Positions 8,170 to 18,591 are shown, counted from the stretch's first letter. The stretch: 64,000 bases of DNA from an uncultured Dehalococcoidia bacterium (GCA_937901475.1 CALGTL010000162.1:64948-128947); one strand, 5' to 3'. A program made the numbers and translations. Notes: a model not told the origin generated them from the letters alone.

Positions 8170-10650
8170 ATGACCAACACACCACGGCTCACCCCGCTGC
8201 GCTACGACCCCATTGAGCTTGACCGCAAATGGCAGCAGCGATGGGTCGACCAAAATCTCCACCGTGTCAATGACGACGACCCGCGCCCCAAGTGGTTCGC
8301 TCTAACCATGTATCCGTACCCCTCCGGAGACCTCCACGTAGGCCATTGGTACGCCATGGCCCCATCGGATGCCCACGCACGCTTCATGCGCATGAAGGGC
8401 TTTAACGTCATGCACCCCATGGGCTTCGATGCATTCGGCCTACCTGCTGAGAACGCCGCCATCACCCGTGGCATTCACCCGCACACCTGGACCATGGCAA
8501 ATATTGAGCGCATGCGTGGCCAGCTCCGATCGATGGGCACTGTCTACGACTGGGAGCACGAGGTTGTCACCTGCCTGCCAGAGTACTACCGATGGAACCA
8601 GTGGTTCTTCCTTCAGTTCTACAAGAAGGGCCTTGCCTACCGAGCATCCGCCCCAGTGAACTGGTGCCCCACCTGCCAAACCGTCTTGGCCAACGAGCAA
8701 GTCCTCGACGGCAAATGCGAGCGCACAGGTGACATTGTTATCAGGCGTCAAATGGATCAATGGTTCTTTGGGATAACTCAATACGCCGACGAATTATTGG
8801 ATTTCTCCAATGTCATCGAGTGGCCTGAACGTATCAAGACCATGCAAACCCACTGGATTGGCCGAAGCGAAGGCATGCAGATCTCATTCGACATCTCAGC
8901 CCTTGGCCTCGAAGACAAAGTGATTCGCACCTTCACCACACGCATCGACACCATCTTCGGTGCCACGTTCGTCGTGTTGGCACCTGAGCACCCACTGGTT
9001 GAGCAGGTCACTACTTCTGGGCAGCGTACCGCAGTGCATGCCTATATTCAGCAGGCAGCCGAAGCTTCTGAGATTGACCGTCTCTCCACGGAGCGAGAGA
9101 AGACTGGTGTTTTCACCGGTGCCTACGCCATCAATCGACTCAACGGCGAAAAAATTCAGATCTGGGTTGGCGACTACGTACTCGCTTCTTACGGCACTGG
9201 CGCTGTCATGGGTGTCCCCGCGCATGACCAGCGGGATTTCGACTTCGCTAAGAAATACGGACTCGACATCCGCGTCGTCATCGCGCCCCCTGCTTACGAC
9301 AATCAATCCCTCACCGAAGCATACGTCGACAAAGGGGTTGGGTTCCAAGTGAACTCTGGTCCATTTGATGGACTACCCAACGACGCTGGCTACAAAGCCA
9401 TCGCCGACCACATTGAATCCCAAGAATGGGGAGCGCGCACTACCACATACCGCATGCGTGACTGGCTTGTGTCACGCCAGCGCTACTGGGGCACGCCTAT
9501 ACCCATCGTTTACTGTAAGGGGTGCGGAGCGCAGCCTGTCCCCGAAGACCAGCTCCCGGTCGTTCTCCCAGAGGACGCCGAATTCAAGCCTACTGGCGAA
9601 TCACCTCTCAAGTACAACAAAGAGTTCCTTCATACCACCTGCCCCAATTGTAATGGTCCTGCCACTCGCGAAACCGACACCATGGACACTTTCGTAGATT
9701 CCTCCTGGTACATGTTTCGCTACGCCAGTCCTCGCTTCGAGCAAGGACCATTCGAAATTGCCAAAGCCGCCCAATGGGCCCCTGTGGACCAGTACACCGG
9801 AGGCGCGGAGCATGCCGTCATGCATCTGCTCTACGCTCGATTCTTCACGAAAGCCATCCGAGACCTCGGACTCATCAACTTCAGCGAACCCTTTCTACGG
9901 CTCTTCAACCAAGGCACTGTCATCCATGGCGGTACTAAGATGAGCAAGAGTCGTGGCAACGTTATCGCCCCTGACGTCTACGTCAAGGATCTAGGCGCAG
10001 ATATCGTTCGCCTCTATCTTATGTTCATGGGCCCTTGGGAAGGCGGCGGCGACTGGTCCGACACTGGCATCAATGGCGTTGCACGTTGGGTCAATCGCGC
10101 CTGGGATCTCTGCCTGGCCCCTATTGACGCCCTAGCAGAGGCCGATGCCTCCAGTGACCGAGAGGTCATCCGCCTCTCGCACCAGACCATCCGGCGAGTC
10201 ATTCAAGATATTGAGCGTTTCAAATACAACACCGCTATCTCGGCCATGATGGAAATGACCAACCACCTAACACCCATCCATGAAGCTGGTACTGTCTCTC
10301 GCGCTATCTGGAACGACACAATCAGCAACCTACTGCTACTCCTCGCGCCGCTGGCTCCCCACATCACCGAAGAGATGTGGGAGCGCACTGGCCACACGGG
10401 CAGTATCCACGAACACTCGCTCCCCGAATGGGACGAAGCCCTCGCGGCGATTGACGAAGCAACTCTCATCGTCCAGATTAACGGCAAGCTCAGAGACAAA
10501 ATCTCCGTCCCCGCTGACATCACCGAAGCCGCCGCCAAGCAAGCCGCTCTGACCTCCGACAAAGTCAGCCCGTATATCGACGGTAAAACCGTCGACAAAG
10601 TAGTCTTCGTCCCCGGCCGCTACCTCGTAAGCCTCGTTATCAAGGGTTAA
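8170..10650 (+). CDS. leuS: Leucine--tRNA ligase
   Basis: 826 aa. YPYPSGDLHVGHWY (HIGH), GTKMSKSRGNVI (KMSKS), CP1 editing insertion, and the zinc-binding CPTC...C motif. Confidence 0.95.
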   Translation: MTNTPRLTPLRYDPIELDRKWQQRWVDQNLHRVNDDDPRPKWFALTMYPYPSGDLHVGHWYAMAPSDAHARFMRMKGFNVMHPMGFDAFGLPAENAAITRGIHPHTWTMANIERMRGQLRSMGTVYDWEHEVVTCLPEYYRWNQWFFLQFYKKGLAYRASAPVNWCPTCQTVLANEQVLDGKCERTGDIVIRRQMDQWFFGITQYADELLDFSNVIEWPERIKTMQTHWIGRSEGMQISFDISALGLEDKVIRTFTTRIDTIFGATFVVLAPEHPLVEQVTTSGQRTAVHAYIQQAAEASEIDRLSTEREKTGVFTGAYAINRLNGEKIQIWVGDYVLASYGTGAVMGVPAHDQRDFDFAKKYGLDIRVVIAPPAYDNQSLTEAYVDKGVGFQVNSGPFDGLPNDAGYKAIADHIESQEWGARTTTYRMRDWLVSRQRYWGTPIPIVYCKGCGAQPVPEDQLPVVLPEDAEFKPTGESPLKYNKEFLHTTCPNCNGPATRETDTMDTFVDSSWYMFRYASPRFEQGPFEIAKAAQWAPVDQYTGGAEHAVMHLLYARFFTKAIRDLGLINFSEPFLRLFNQGTVIHGGTKMSKSRGNVIAPDVYVKDLGADIVRLYLMFMGPWEGGGDWSDTGINGVARWVNRAWDLCLAPIDALAEADASSDREVIRLSHQTIRRVIQDIERFKYNTAISAMMEMTNHLTPIHEAGTVSRAIWNDTISNLLLLLAPLAPHITEEMWERTGHTGSIHEHSLPEWDEALAAIDEATLIVQINGKLRDKISVPADITEAAAKQAALTSDKVSPYIDGKTVDKVVFVPGRYLVSLVIKG

Positions 10651-10716
10651 TGCAAAGCAGTCAATCTTTCCATTTCCGTCTATGCCCTTCGTACCATCTA
10701 ATCTAGGAAAAAGACC

Positions 10717-11496
10717 ATGACTGACACGCTGCGCATCAGTACATTCAGCCGCACCGCTATCCACACTCACGCCACTGAGAAGGGATTCTATGCCGCGGAA
10801 GATTTAAAGATTGAAGTTGACATGACCCAGGGTTCCAAGACCCAAATGGCCCAGCTAAAAGAAGGCGTCTGGGACTTCGTTTCCACCAATTTCGACAATG
10901 TTCTCTATTGGAACGAAGACCGCGGCGCAGATTTCCTCGTCGTGTCCGCTATGGAATCACTCCCGCACCAAGACCTCGTCGTGCGGCCTGAGATTAGAAC
11001 CTACGAAGATTTCAGGGGCAAGGTTATCGCGGTCGATGCCGCTGAGAGCGGGTACGTCACCCCCCTTCGCGTACTGCTATCCAACGCTGGTCTGAAAGAG
11101 AACGAGGACTACACGCTAATCGAGGCCGGGGCCACTGATGAGCGCGTCGCAGCCATGGCATCCGGAAAAGCCGTTGGAGCCATGGTCAGCGAGGGCCGCG
11201 AGCTAAGCTACGGCATGTGGGTCATGGATGCCATCGGGCGACTCTACACTCACTATGCGAGTATCATCGTCGTGCGCCGCGAGTGGGCCGCAGCCAACGA
11301 GTCTCTCATACTCCGCTACTTACGTGCGCACTTAGGTGCTGCTGCATCCCTCAAGGGCTCCAAGGACGTATCCTTCGCCTGGAGTGGACTCCACGAGATG
11401 ATGGAGGTGCGCTCCGGCGTCGGATTCCTCCGTGGTGAAATCGACCCCACGAGGTTCGCGACCGAGCACTACTTCGAGCAAGCCCTTCCGCACTAG
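10717..11496 (+). CDS. NMT1/THI5-like (SsuA/TauA-type periplasmic-binding fold) protein, no signal peptide
   Basis: 259 aa. The pattern HATEKGFYAAEDLKIEV...GVWDFVSTNFDNV...FRGKVIAVDAAESGYVTPLRVLL resembles the substrate-binding fold of nitrate/sulfonate/bicarbonate ABC systems. No transporter partner is adjacent. Confidence 0.45.
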   Translation: MTDTLRISTFSRTAIHTHATEKGFYAAEDLKIEVDMTQGSKTQMAQLKEGVWDFVSTNFDNVLYWNEDRGADFLVVSAMESLPHQDLVVRPEIRTYEDFRGKVIAVDAAESGYVTPLRVLLSNAGLKENEDYTLIEAGATDERVAAMASGKAVGAMVSEGRELSYGMWVMDAIGRLYTHYASIIVVRREWAAANESLILRYLRAHLGAAASLKGSKDVSFAWSGLHEMMEVRSGVGFLRGEIDPTRFATEHYFEQALPH

Positions 11497-12141
11497 CTAC
11501 AAGGGGCGCATTAACAGCGCTATCGCTCGCGGAAAAGGCCAAGCTTCCTGGGCGACCTGGAATCCAGCCTCCTCGAAAATCCAGTGCCAATCATCGGCCG
11601 TGTACTTATTGTGCGTCGAGAACAGTTCCAGCGCTCTCGGGTATCGAACTTCAAACGGATCACCGGGCTCTGACACACGGAAGTCTATGTACTGCTTGAA
11701 ACCAACTCGCACCCAGTCATACATGAGGAACAACCCATTAGGAGCCAGCACTCGCCGAGCTTCTTCTAGGAACGAGAAAGGGTCTTCCAACGTATGCATT
11801 ACGGCTGCAATTGTCAGTAGATTGACCGACCCATCAGCTAGCGGCAGCCTCCCCGCGACGTCCGCACTCTCGAAAGTGGGTGTCGCCCCCGCGAACGTCA
11901 ATGTGCGTGCATGCCGAAGCATATCGTCCCCACGGTCAATCCCTATCAGCGTTGCACTAGGCAGGCGCTTACTCATATCGCGTAGATATAACCCTGGTCC
12001 ACACCCTAGATCAGCCAGAACCGGGGCATCCGGTAACAGCGGCTCAACTTGATCCGCAAAGAATGCCCAAAAATCGTCATTGAACCTAACGTAATAGCGC
12101 TCCAGCTGTCGCGTAAGAGCTCTCTCCCCACTCTGTGTCAT
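11497..12141 (-). CDS. Class I SAM-dependent methyltransferase
   Basis: Motif I VLADLGCGPGLY, motif II-like IGIDRGDDML, and post-I/III segments (VNLLTIAAVMH). 214 aa. Confidence 0.75.
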   Translation of the reverse strand: MTQSGERALTRQLERYYVRFNDDFWAFFADQVEPLLPDAPVLADLGCGPGLYLRDMSKRLPSATLIGIDRGDDMLRHARTLTFAGATPTFESADVAGRLPLADGSVNLLTIAAVMHTLEDPFSFLEEARRVLAPNGLFLMYDWVRVGFKQYIDFRVSEPGDPFEVRYPRALELFSTHNKYTADDWHWIFEEAGFQVAQEAWPFPRAIALLMRPL

Positions 12142-12144
12142 CGC

Positions 12145-12549
12145 CTACCCCTTCTTGTCCGCAAGCCTGCGCTCAGCGAACACTTCACTCGCGCAGCGAA
12201 GTCCATTCAATGCTCGCGGCAACCCCAGATACGAGATGCTCTGGACAAACATCTCCGCTACTTCCTCTGCCGACCATCCCGCGTTCAAGGAGTACCCAAC
12301 GTATGATTTAATTTGCGGCTCCACGCCCAACGCCGTCAGCATCCCTATAGTCACTGCGCAACGGGTCTTGATATCCAGTTGCCCGCGGCTCCAGATCTCA
12401 CCGAAGTTGATACCCAAGGCATAATTTTCCAGCTCGGGCACCAGATCAAACCCCGCAGAATTCGACGCGCTCCGAGGGCTAGCACTATCGCTCAAAACCT
12501 CACGAACCCGGCGCCCCTTCTCTTTGCTCTCTTCCGAAATGATCATCAT
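12145..12549 (-). CDS. Carboxymuconolactone decarboxylase (CMD/AhpD-like) family protein
   Basis: NFGEIWSRGQLDIKTRCAVTIGMLTALGVEPQIKSYVGYSLNAGWSAEEVAEMFVQSISYLGLPRALNGL follows the PcaC-type CMD domain pattern. Confidence 0.75.
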   Translation of the reverse strand: MMIISEESKEKGRRVREVLSDSASPRSASNSAGFDLVPELENYALGINFGEIWSRGQLDIKTRCAVTIGMLTALGVEPQIKSYVGYSLNAGWSAEEVAEMFVQSISYLGLPRALNGLRCASEVFAERRLADKKG

Positions 12550-12746
12550 TGCATTCCTTATTTGCCGTCCCTATTTCTCCATCTCCCTGCCAACCCGTGA
12601 CCATGCTTATGTTACTGATCTCCCGTAGCCCTAAGCATCTAGTTTTTTCATAACTATATGAAGTCCTCCCCATGACGTGTCCTGGATTTTCAACGGCCAG
12701 TTGATTGCCCCCACTCTATTCGAAGCACGAATTATTCTCACCTCAT

Positions 12747-12796
12747 GTTACAAAGCAGGGCCCTCAATCTTGGGATTGAAGGCCCTGCTTTGTAAC
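12747..12796 (-). terminator. Long nested-palindrome hairpin just 3' of the sbcC-like gene (putative terminator, no clear U-tract)
   Basis: GTTACAAAGCAGGGCC-c-TCAATC-ttgg-GATTGA-a-GGCCCTGCTTTGTAAC: 16 bp + 6 bp stems with a 4-nt loop, 24 nt downstream of the stop at 12820. Confidence 0.4.
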
Positions 12797-12819
12797 CAAA
12801 ACTCTTCACCGCAAAGCAC

Positions 12820-15408
12820 CTAGGACAGCGCGAAAGTTGAACCCGCACTCGTCCGTGATACTTCGATACGCACGGGGAAGGCTTCCTTAATTTCATCTAA
12901 GTGAGTGATAACCAAGATACGTTGGAAACGGTCCTCAATCGCCTTGATTACATCCAGCACACGGTCACGCCCGTCGGGGTCCTGCGTGCCGAAGCCCTCA
13001 TCAATGAACAACGTCGGCAATGGCGCACCTGCGCGCCACGCCAGCAGCTTGCTCAGTGCAATTCGCAACGCAAAGTCCACACGGAAGCGCTCTCCACCGC
13101 TATACATTTCATAGTTCCGCGTACCTAACTCGTCAGACACCACAATATCTAGCGTCTCCACGCTCTCTGAGCCATCCGCACCTTTCCCTGTTCGCCGTGC
13201 TCGTTGCGTCTGCAGCTTCAACGACATCCGACCATCCGTCATTTGCTTCAATAGGTCGTTTGCCTCATCTTCAAGCCGCGGAATCGCCGCCTCGATGAGC
13301 AAGGCCTGCACGCCGCCCTTGCCGAAAGCCAACGCAAGTTCACCGTATGCAGAAGATTCTTCCACCATCATCTTGCGCCCTAACTCTTGTTCTTTCAGAA
13401 GCGCCTCACCTTCAGTAATTTCTTGAAGCTGATGCACTAACGAACCATATCGCACCTGAAGTTCGTCGCGCGCTTTGGCCGCCCCTGCCGCTTCAGTCTC
13501 CACTACGATGCGCTGAGCTCGATATGAATTAAGCTCTACGGTTTCGTTCTCGATGACCACCCGCTGCTCGGCGATTCTAGTGATTTCCAGCTGAGCTTCG
13601 GTGACTCGAATCTGCACGCGCACCAGCGCCGCCTCATCCTCAGGACGCCGCGATTGAGCCTGCACTAGCGCCTGATGCTCTCTATCCCAAAACTCCAGTT
13701 CATTCATGGCCCGTTCGGCTACCGCCACGACATCTAAATCGAATGCCAGTTCGGCTATCCGCGCTCTCAGTAGATGCGCACCGGCTATCTCAGCAGTCGC
13801 GTACTCACCAGATTTCAACCTAGCTTCCGCTGCCGCTAGACCCGTCGTCACTTCCACTATTTCAGTCTGCGCTCGCACCGCCTCGTCGCGCCCCACAATC
13901 AAGCGAGCGTTCTCCCCGTCCAACCGTCTACGTTCGCTCTCGATATGATCACGTAAAGTCTTAATCTCTAACGCTAAGCCATCCGCCTGAGCATCTAATT
14001 TCGCAACTTCAACTCCCTGGTTCTTGTGCCGCTCTAACATCTCGCTGATCTCAGCCTCGTAGGACTCCTCGATGCGCTGTAGCCCTTCCGGGCCTAGGCT
14101 CGTACCACACAATGGGCAGTCCGCTGCATCCTCGTGATCATGGGACAGCAACGTTATCTTGCCTCGCGTCTCCTTACCCGTTTCTGCGATGCGAGCGTTG
14201 TCTCGCTCCAATCGGCGCGCCTCGAGCCGAAGGGCCTGCTCCTGCTCGTGCGCACCTGATGCTTCAACCAACTGGGCATCCATAGTTTTCAGTGCCGTGA
14301 CCACTTCCGCCAATCGTGCTTCGACCACTAGCAATGAGGAGGCCTTGCGAGGTAACTCTTCATTGAGTCGATGACGTAAACGCAGAACCTCACTCTCAAT
14401 CCCCGCTCGCGCCGAGCTGATACGTTGCTCTAGAGGTGACAGCTCACGCTGAAGACCCGTAATAGACTGAGCTGCAACATTGAGCTCGTGCAGCCTTTCA
14501 CGGGCTTGTTGTAACGCGCCGTGACCTTCTTTAATTTCCTGTGCCCGAGACTCTGCCTTACGCCAACCGGCTAGGCGGAGCTCAACCTCCAGCGCTTCAG
14601 CCTGATCCTGGTCACGTCTACTGGAGGCGCGTGCTGCTTGTGCATCAAACTCAGCCGCTTCAGCCCGGCGACGTTCTAGATGCTCCACTTGCGTCCGTAG
14701 TAGCGAGAGCCGTTGATCCAACGAAACACTCAGCAGTCGTGCCCCCTCTAGCTCACTATCCACATGCTTCAGTGCCTCACGAACTGGGTCGCCCTGCGCC
14801 ACTTGCTCCCTTAGACGATCGAGTTGGAACGACGACGCTGAAAGCGCGCCCTGCAATTCACGATTGTGGAGCTTGGCACGCTCTTCTAAGCGATCATAGA
14901 TACCTAAACCCAGTACCCGAGCCAGCACATCTTTGCGCTGCGTTGCGGTGCCCATCGTGAACAAGTCGGCACGACCTTGGACTAGAAATGCGCTATTAAT
15001 GAATGTGTCATAGTCCATATTGGTGCGCCTGATGATGTCAGATTGGGTCTCCCCAATCGTATTGCCCGTTATCGGACGATAATCGGCACCTGTGAGCACG
15101 CCAAGTTCCAAGGAGCTTTGAGGAGTCTTCCGCGCCCGCGAGTAGCGCCTCGTAACCCGATATCGCTCCTGACCGATATCGAATTCAAGCTCCACGAACA
15201 TCTCATCTTGCCCGTGATGCAGAAGTTGATCTTGCCGCTGTCCGCGAGCTCTGCCCCACAGGACCCATGTGATCGCATCCAGCAACGCAGATTTCCCGTT
15301 GCCGTTCGCACCACACAAGCACGCAACATGCACGTTCTCAAGACGCAACGTAGGGGCTGCATCACGGTAAGAAAGAAAATTATGAACAGTCAAATTGATG
15401 GGGAGCAA
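12820..15408 (-). CDS. sbcC: SbcC/Rad50-like SMC-type ATPase (zinc-hook coiled coil)
   Basis: 862 aa. N-terminal Walker A CLCGANGNGKSALLDAITWVLWG, long Ala/Glu/Arg/Leu-rich coiled coil with a central CPLCG hook, and C-terminal YSGGERFRV signature, Walker B LFIDEGFG and H-loop LVITH. No sbcD-like nuclease gene is adjacent. Confidence 0.85.
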   Translation of the reverse strand: MLPINLTVHNFLSYRDAAPTLRLENVHVACLCGANGNGKSALLDAITWVLWGRARGQRQDQLLHHGQDEMFVELEFDIGQERYRVTRRYSRARKTPQSSLELGVLTGADYRPITGNTIGETQSDIIRRTNMDYDTFINSAFLVQGRADLFTMGTATQRKDVLARVLGLGIYDRLEERAKLHNRELQGALSASSFQLDRLREQVAQGDPVREALKHVDSELEGARLLSVSLDQRLSLLRTQVEHLERRRAEAAEFDAQAARASSRRDQDQAEALEVELRLAGWRKAESRAQEIKEGHGALQQARERLHELNVAAQSITGLQRELSPLEQRISSARAGIESEVLRLRHRLNEELPRKASSLLVVEARLAEVVTALKTMDAQLVEASGAHEQEQALRLEARRLERDNARIAETGKETRGKITLLSHDHEDAADCPLCGTSLGPEGLQRIEESYEAEISEMLERHKNQGVEVAKLDAQADGLALEIKTLRDHIESERRRLDGENARLIVGRDEAVRAQTEIVEVTTGLAAAEARLKSGEYATAEIAGAHLLRARIAELAFDLDVVAVAERAMNELEFWDREHQALVQAQSRRPEDEAALVRVQIRVTEAQLEITRIAEQRVVIENETVELNSYRAQRIVVETEAAGAAKARDELQVRYGSLVHQLQEITEGEALLKEQELGRKMMVEESSAYGELALAFGKGGVQALLIEAAIPRLEDEANDLLKQMTDGRMSLKLQTQRARRTGKGADGSESVETLDIVVSDELGTRNYEMYSGGERFRVDFALRIALSKLLAWRAGAPLPTLFIDEGFGTQDPDGRDRVLDVIKAIEDRFQRILVITHLDEIKEAFPVRIEVSRTSAGSTFALS

Positions 15409-15543
15409 AAAGCCCTCGCCCGATTGGGTGCACGGATTCTACACGCCGATAATACTTAGAAAACAATATTTCCGCGATAATCGTACTAGTAATAGCTGCC
15501 TTGTGGTGTCCGTTGTCCAAATCTAGTTCAGAGGAATAATGAG

Positions 15544-16032
15544 ATGATTCGATATGCAACGGTAGACGACCTCAAGGAGATTATCGCTATCTATAATTCC
15601 TCAATCCCTGAGCGGCTAGCCACCGCCGACCTCACGCCCGTGTCAGTAGGCTCCCGTCTATCATGGTTCTGGGAACACGACGCCGCGCGCCACCCTCTAT
15701 GGGTGTATGAAGACGATGGCGCCATCGCCGGCTGGCTTTCTCTCGGGGCCTTCTACCAGCGCGCCGCTTGGGATGCTACAGCTGAAATCGGGGTCTATGT
15801 CAGCCCAGACCATCATCGGCGTGGGGTCGCTGCCGGGCTCGTCAGCGAAGCCATCTCGAGTTCACCAGAACTTGGCCTTACTTCTCTCATTGCGCTTATC
15901 TTTGGACACAATCAACCGAGTCTGAATCTTTTCCATCGTTTTGGGTTCGAAGACTGGGGGCATATGCCGAACGTCTGTGAGCTTGATGGGGTGAAACGAG
16001 ATGTGATGATACTGGGCCGCCAAGTCGCTTGA
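15544..16032 (+). CDS. GNAT N-acetyltransferase (phosphinothricin/YncA-like)
   Basis: MIRYATVDDLKEIIAIYNSSI...AGWLSLGAFYQRAAWDATAEIGVYVSPDHHRRGVAAGL matches the PAT-type GNAT pattern (acetyl-CoA site RRGVA). GAGGAA lies 7 nt upstream. Confidence 0.8.
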   Translation: MIRYATVDDLKEIIAIYNSSIPERLATADLTPVSVGSRLSWFWEHDAARHPLWVYEDDGAIAGWLSLGAFYQRAAWDATAEIGVYVSPDHHRRGVAAGLVSEAISSSPELGLTSLIALIFGHNQPSLNLFHRFGFEDWGHMPNVCELDGVKRDVMILGRQVA

Positions 16033-16184
16033 GCCCCACTCAAATCGCCCTTGTGTGCCGGCCATACTGTCCTTGTGAGGAGCACTACTGTTCGCTACAA
16101 TTTGATTGTGAAATCGTTTGCAATCTCCCGGCTGAGGCTTCTCTCCAAAGGCCTCTTCTGGCGCTCAAGTGAGGCCCTTGCTCT

Positions 16185-16982
16185 ATGACCCTGAAGATAG
16201 TGGTTACGGCCAAGCAGGTCATCGATCCCGAGACCCCCACATCAGCGTTCGGTATCGACTCTAATATCGTCACCGTTCCTGCGAATCAGGCTCCGGTGGT
16301 CAACGGCTTCGACGAGCAGGCCATCGAGGCTGCACTTCGCCTGAAAGAAGCCTCCGGTGACGCTCATGTGACCGTTTTGTCGGTCGGCAAAGGATTCGCG
16401 CTTGATATCATCAAGAAGCCCCTAGCGATGGGTGTTGACGAACTAGTACTACTTGACGATCCCGCCTTCAGCAACACCATTGACCCCACAGTGACCATTG
16501 CTGTGCTTGCCGCCGCTATAAACAAAATCGGCAGTGTAGACATTGTGCTCGCTGGCAGGCAAGCCAGTGATTGGGATAACGCACAGGTTCCCATCGGTGT
16601 AGCCGAAGCCCTCGGTTGGCCCGTGGCAACGGTCGCCAAGAAGGTTGACATCAAGGATTCAATCCTTCGTGTCGAGCGAGTGCTACCCGATGGGCATGAG
16701 GTAGTCGAGGCTGACCTGCCCGCTGTGGTCACGATCTCCAACGAACTTGGCACGCCTCGCTACCCCAATATGCGAGGCATTATGGCCGCTCGCCGTGTGC
16801 AGCCGGTCGTCTGGTCAGCAGCGGATATTGGCTTGGACCTCGCCTCTTTGAAGCCGGCATTTGAGTTGGTAAGTCTGAGCAAGCCGCAGAGCGCAGTCGA
16901 AACTGAGATGATTACCGGCGACGATGATGAAGACGCAGGCCGGAAGCTCGCCCAACGTCTCCGTGACGAACGGATTATCTAG
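16185..16982 (+). CDS. etfB: Electron transfer flavoprotein beta subunit
   Basis: 265 aa. KIVVTAKQVIDPE N-terminus, VDIVLAGRQASDWDNAQV, and RYPNMRGIMAARR near the C-terminus. Followed by etfA. Confidence 0.9.
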   Translation: MTLKIVVTAKQVIDPETPTSAFGIDSNIVTVPANQAPVVNGFDEQAIEAALRLKEASGDAHVTVLSVGKGFALDIIKKPLAMGVDELVLLDDPAFSNTIDPTVTIAVLAAAINKIGSVDIVLAGRQASDWDNAQVPIGVAEALGWPVATVAKKVDIKDSILRVERVLPDGHEVVEADLPAVVTISNELGTPRYPNMRGIMAARRVQPVVWSAADIGLDLASLKPAFELVSLSKPQSAVETEMITGDDDEDAGRKLAQRLRDERII

Positions 16983-16990
16983 GAGCAACA

Positions 16991-17983
16991 ATGGCCGACG
17001 GCAACGGCATACTCGTGATAGGAGAAATGGCTGGCGATGAGCCAGCTTCGACGACCCTCGAAGCTCTGGCTGCCGGTCGCTCTCTCTTACTATCTCTTCC
17101 CGGTGAGAAGCTGTCTGTCGTTCTAGCGGGAGCTTCCACGACCGCTGCTGGAGCTATTGCAATCGCCCATGGAGCAGAAACTGCCTACACGGCTGAATCC
17201 TCATCCTTCGCCGACCCTGCTCCCGAGGCTATGGTCGCTGTCGCAGAGGAAGCAGTTCGACTGGCATCTCCACGTATCGTCCTCGGCTCCAAGACTATCT
17301 TGGGGCGCGACGTCATGCCTCGATTGGCATTCCGACTCGGAACCGCACTCGCCCAGGACTGCACCGCCGTCGACATTGACAATGCAAAGCACCTCCTTGC
17401 AACACGACCGGTCTACGGCGGCAACGCTGTAGCCACCATCGCCTGCGTATCGGACATTGCAGTTGCTGCGCTACGTGCGAAAAGCGTCGATGCTGCTCAG
17501 CCTGACCTCTCTCGCACCGGCGAAGTCGTCGCGCTTACTATCGACATCGCGTCCACGATACGTGTTCGCTCAATTGAGCGCGTTGAGCAAACATCTGAAG
17601 GTATTCGCCTTGAAGATGCGCGGGTTGTTGTCAGTGGAGGGCGTGGTCTTGGGGGGCCTGACGCTTTCACGGAACTCGACAAACTTGCGACGCTCCTTGG
17701 TGGCGCCGTTGGCGCATCTCGTGCCGCCTGTGATGCGGGTTGGGTCCCTTCCAGCTATCAGGTCGGCCTCACAGGGAAAACCGTCACACCTGAGTTGTAC
17801 ATCGCAGTAGGAATCTCCGGTGCGAGCCAACATATGGCCGGGTGCAGTAACTCCCGAACCATCGTAGCCATCAATAAAGACACCGGAGCCAACATCTTCA
17901 AGGATGCTCGTTTCGGGGTCGCTGGAGATTGGCAGAAAGTATTCCCTGCTTTTATGGAACACCTTAAGGTTCTCTTAGGCTAA
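16991..17983 (+). CDS. etfA: Electron transfer flavoprotein alpha subunit
   Basis: 330 aa. C-terminal FAD-binding signature PELYIAVGISGASQHMAGCSNSRTIVAINKDTGANIF. AGGAG SD. Confidence 0.9.
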   Translation: MADGNGILVIGEMAGDEPASTTLEALAAGRSLLLSLPGEKLSVVLAGASTTAAGAIAIAHGAETAYTAESSSFADPAPEAMVAVAEEAVRLASPRIVLGSKTILGRDVMPRLAFRLGTALAQDCTAVDIDNAKHLLATRPVYGGNAVATIACVSDIAVAALRAKSVDAAQPDLSRTGEVVALTIDIASTIRVRSIERVEQTSEGIRLEDARVVVSGGRGLGGPDAFTELDKLATLLGGAVGASRAACDAGWVPSSYQVGLTGKTVTPELYIAVGISGASQHMAGCSNSRTIVAINKDTGANIFKDARFGVAGDWQKVFPAFMEHLKVLLG

Positions 17984-18015
17984 ACTGGTTTGGTCAGTCA
18001 AAGGGAGGTAAATGT

Positions 18016-18459
18016 ATGAGCGACCAAGAGTTCGACCGCGAAATGGCGGAAGCGCTTCAGAATGCCGAAGCGGCAGAAGTCGTTTGCGTGATTCTCCCGA
18101 ACATCAATCAGTGCTTGACTTACGACAGTCGGTCAGCTCTTGATGATCCCCCACGCATCACTGTTTCCGCACCCCTAGGCTCCGGAGAGCGCAGGCTCCG
18201 TCACGTCAATAAGGCCCGCCCTTACCTTGAGCGAGCCCGTGAGTTAGCCGTGCTCCCATGGTCAGGTTCCATCAACGCATTCTCCAACTCCAAGGTCTGG
18301 GGCATGCTCCAAGACCGGATGTTGAGTTCCGGTTACACCAATGCCGAACGCCAGTGCGACGACGCTCTCGACGAGCTTCGCCAGTGGGAACGACGCTCCT
18401 TAGTCTCCATGATCCGTGGCCAAGGCCCTTTTCACACCATCTGGTCCCGCACTAACTAA
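18016..18459 (+). CDS. Hypothetical protein (147 aa)
   Basis: Strong SD (GGGAGG) 6 nt before the ATG. No motif recognised. Followed by a hairpin terminator. Confidence 0.5.
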   Translation: MSDQEFDREMAEALQNAEAAEVVCVILPNINQCLTYDSRSALDDPPRITVSAPLGSGERRLRHVNKARPYLERARELAVLPWSGSINAFSNSKVWGMLQDRMLSSGYTNAERQCDDALDELRQWERRSLVSMIRGQGPFHTIWSRTN

Positions 18460-18510
18460 GCGCGGGGTTGTCGCCCGGTGTCCACATTAGGGAGTATAAG
18501 TAAGACCATT

Positions 18511-18545
18511 GAACGCTCCGCCAATGTTGGTGGGGCGTTTCATTA
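18511..18545 (+). terminator. Putative intrinsic terminator
   Basis: GAACGCTCCGCC-aatgtt-GGTGGGGCGTTTC: 12 pairs including G-U, with one bulge, followed by TTTCATTAT. Confidence 0.45.
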
Positions 18546-18591
18546 TCCCAAGCGACGCTTATCCTAAAAGCAACGTACAGTTAGTGGTGAG

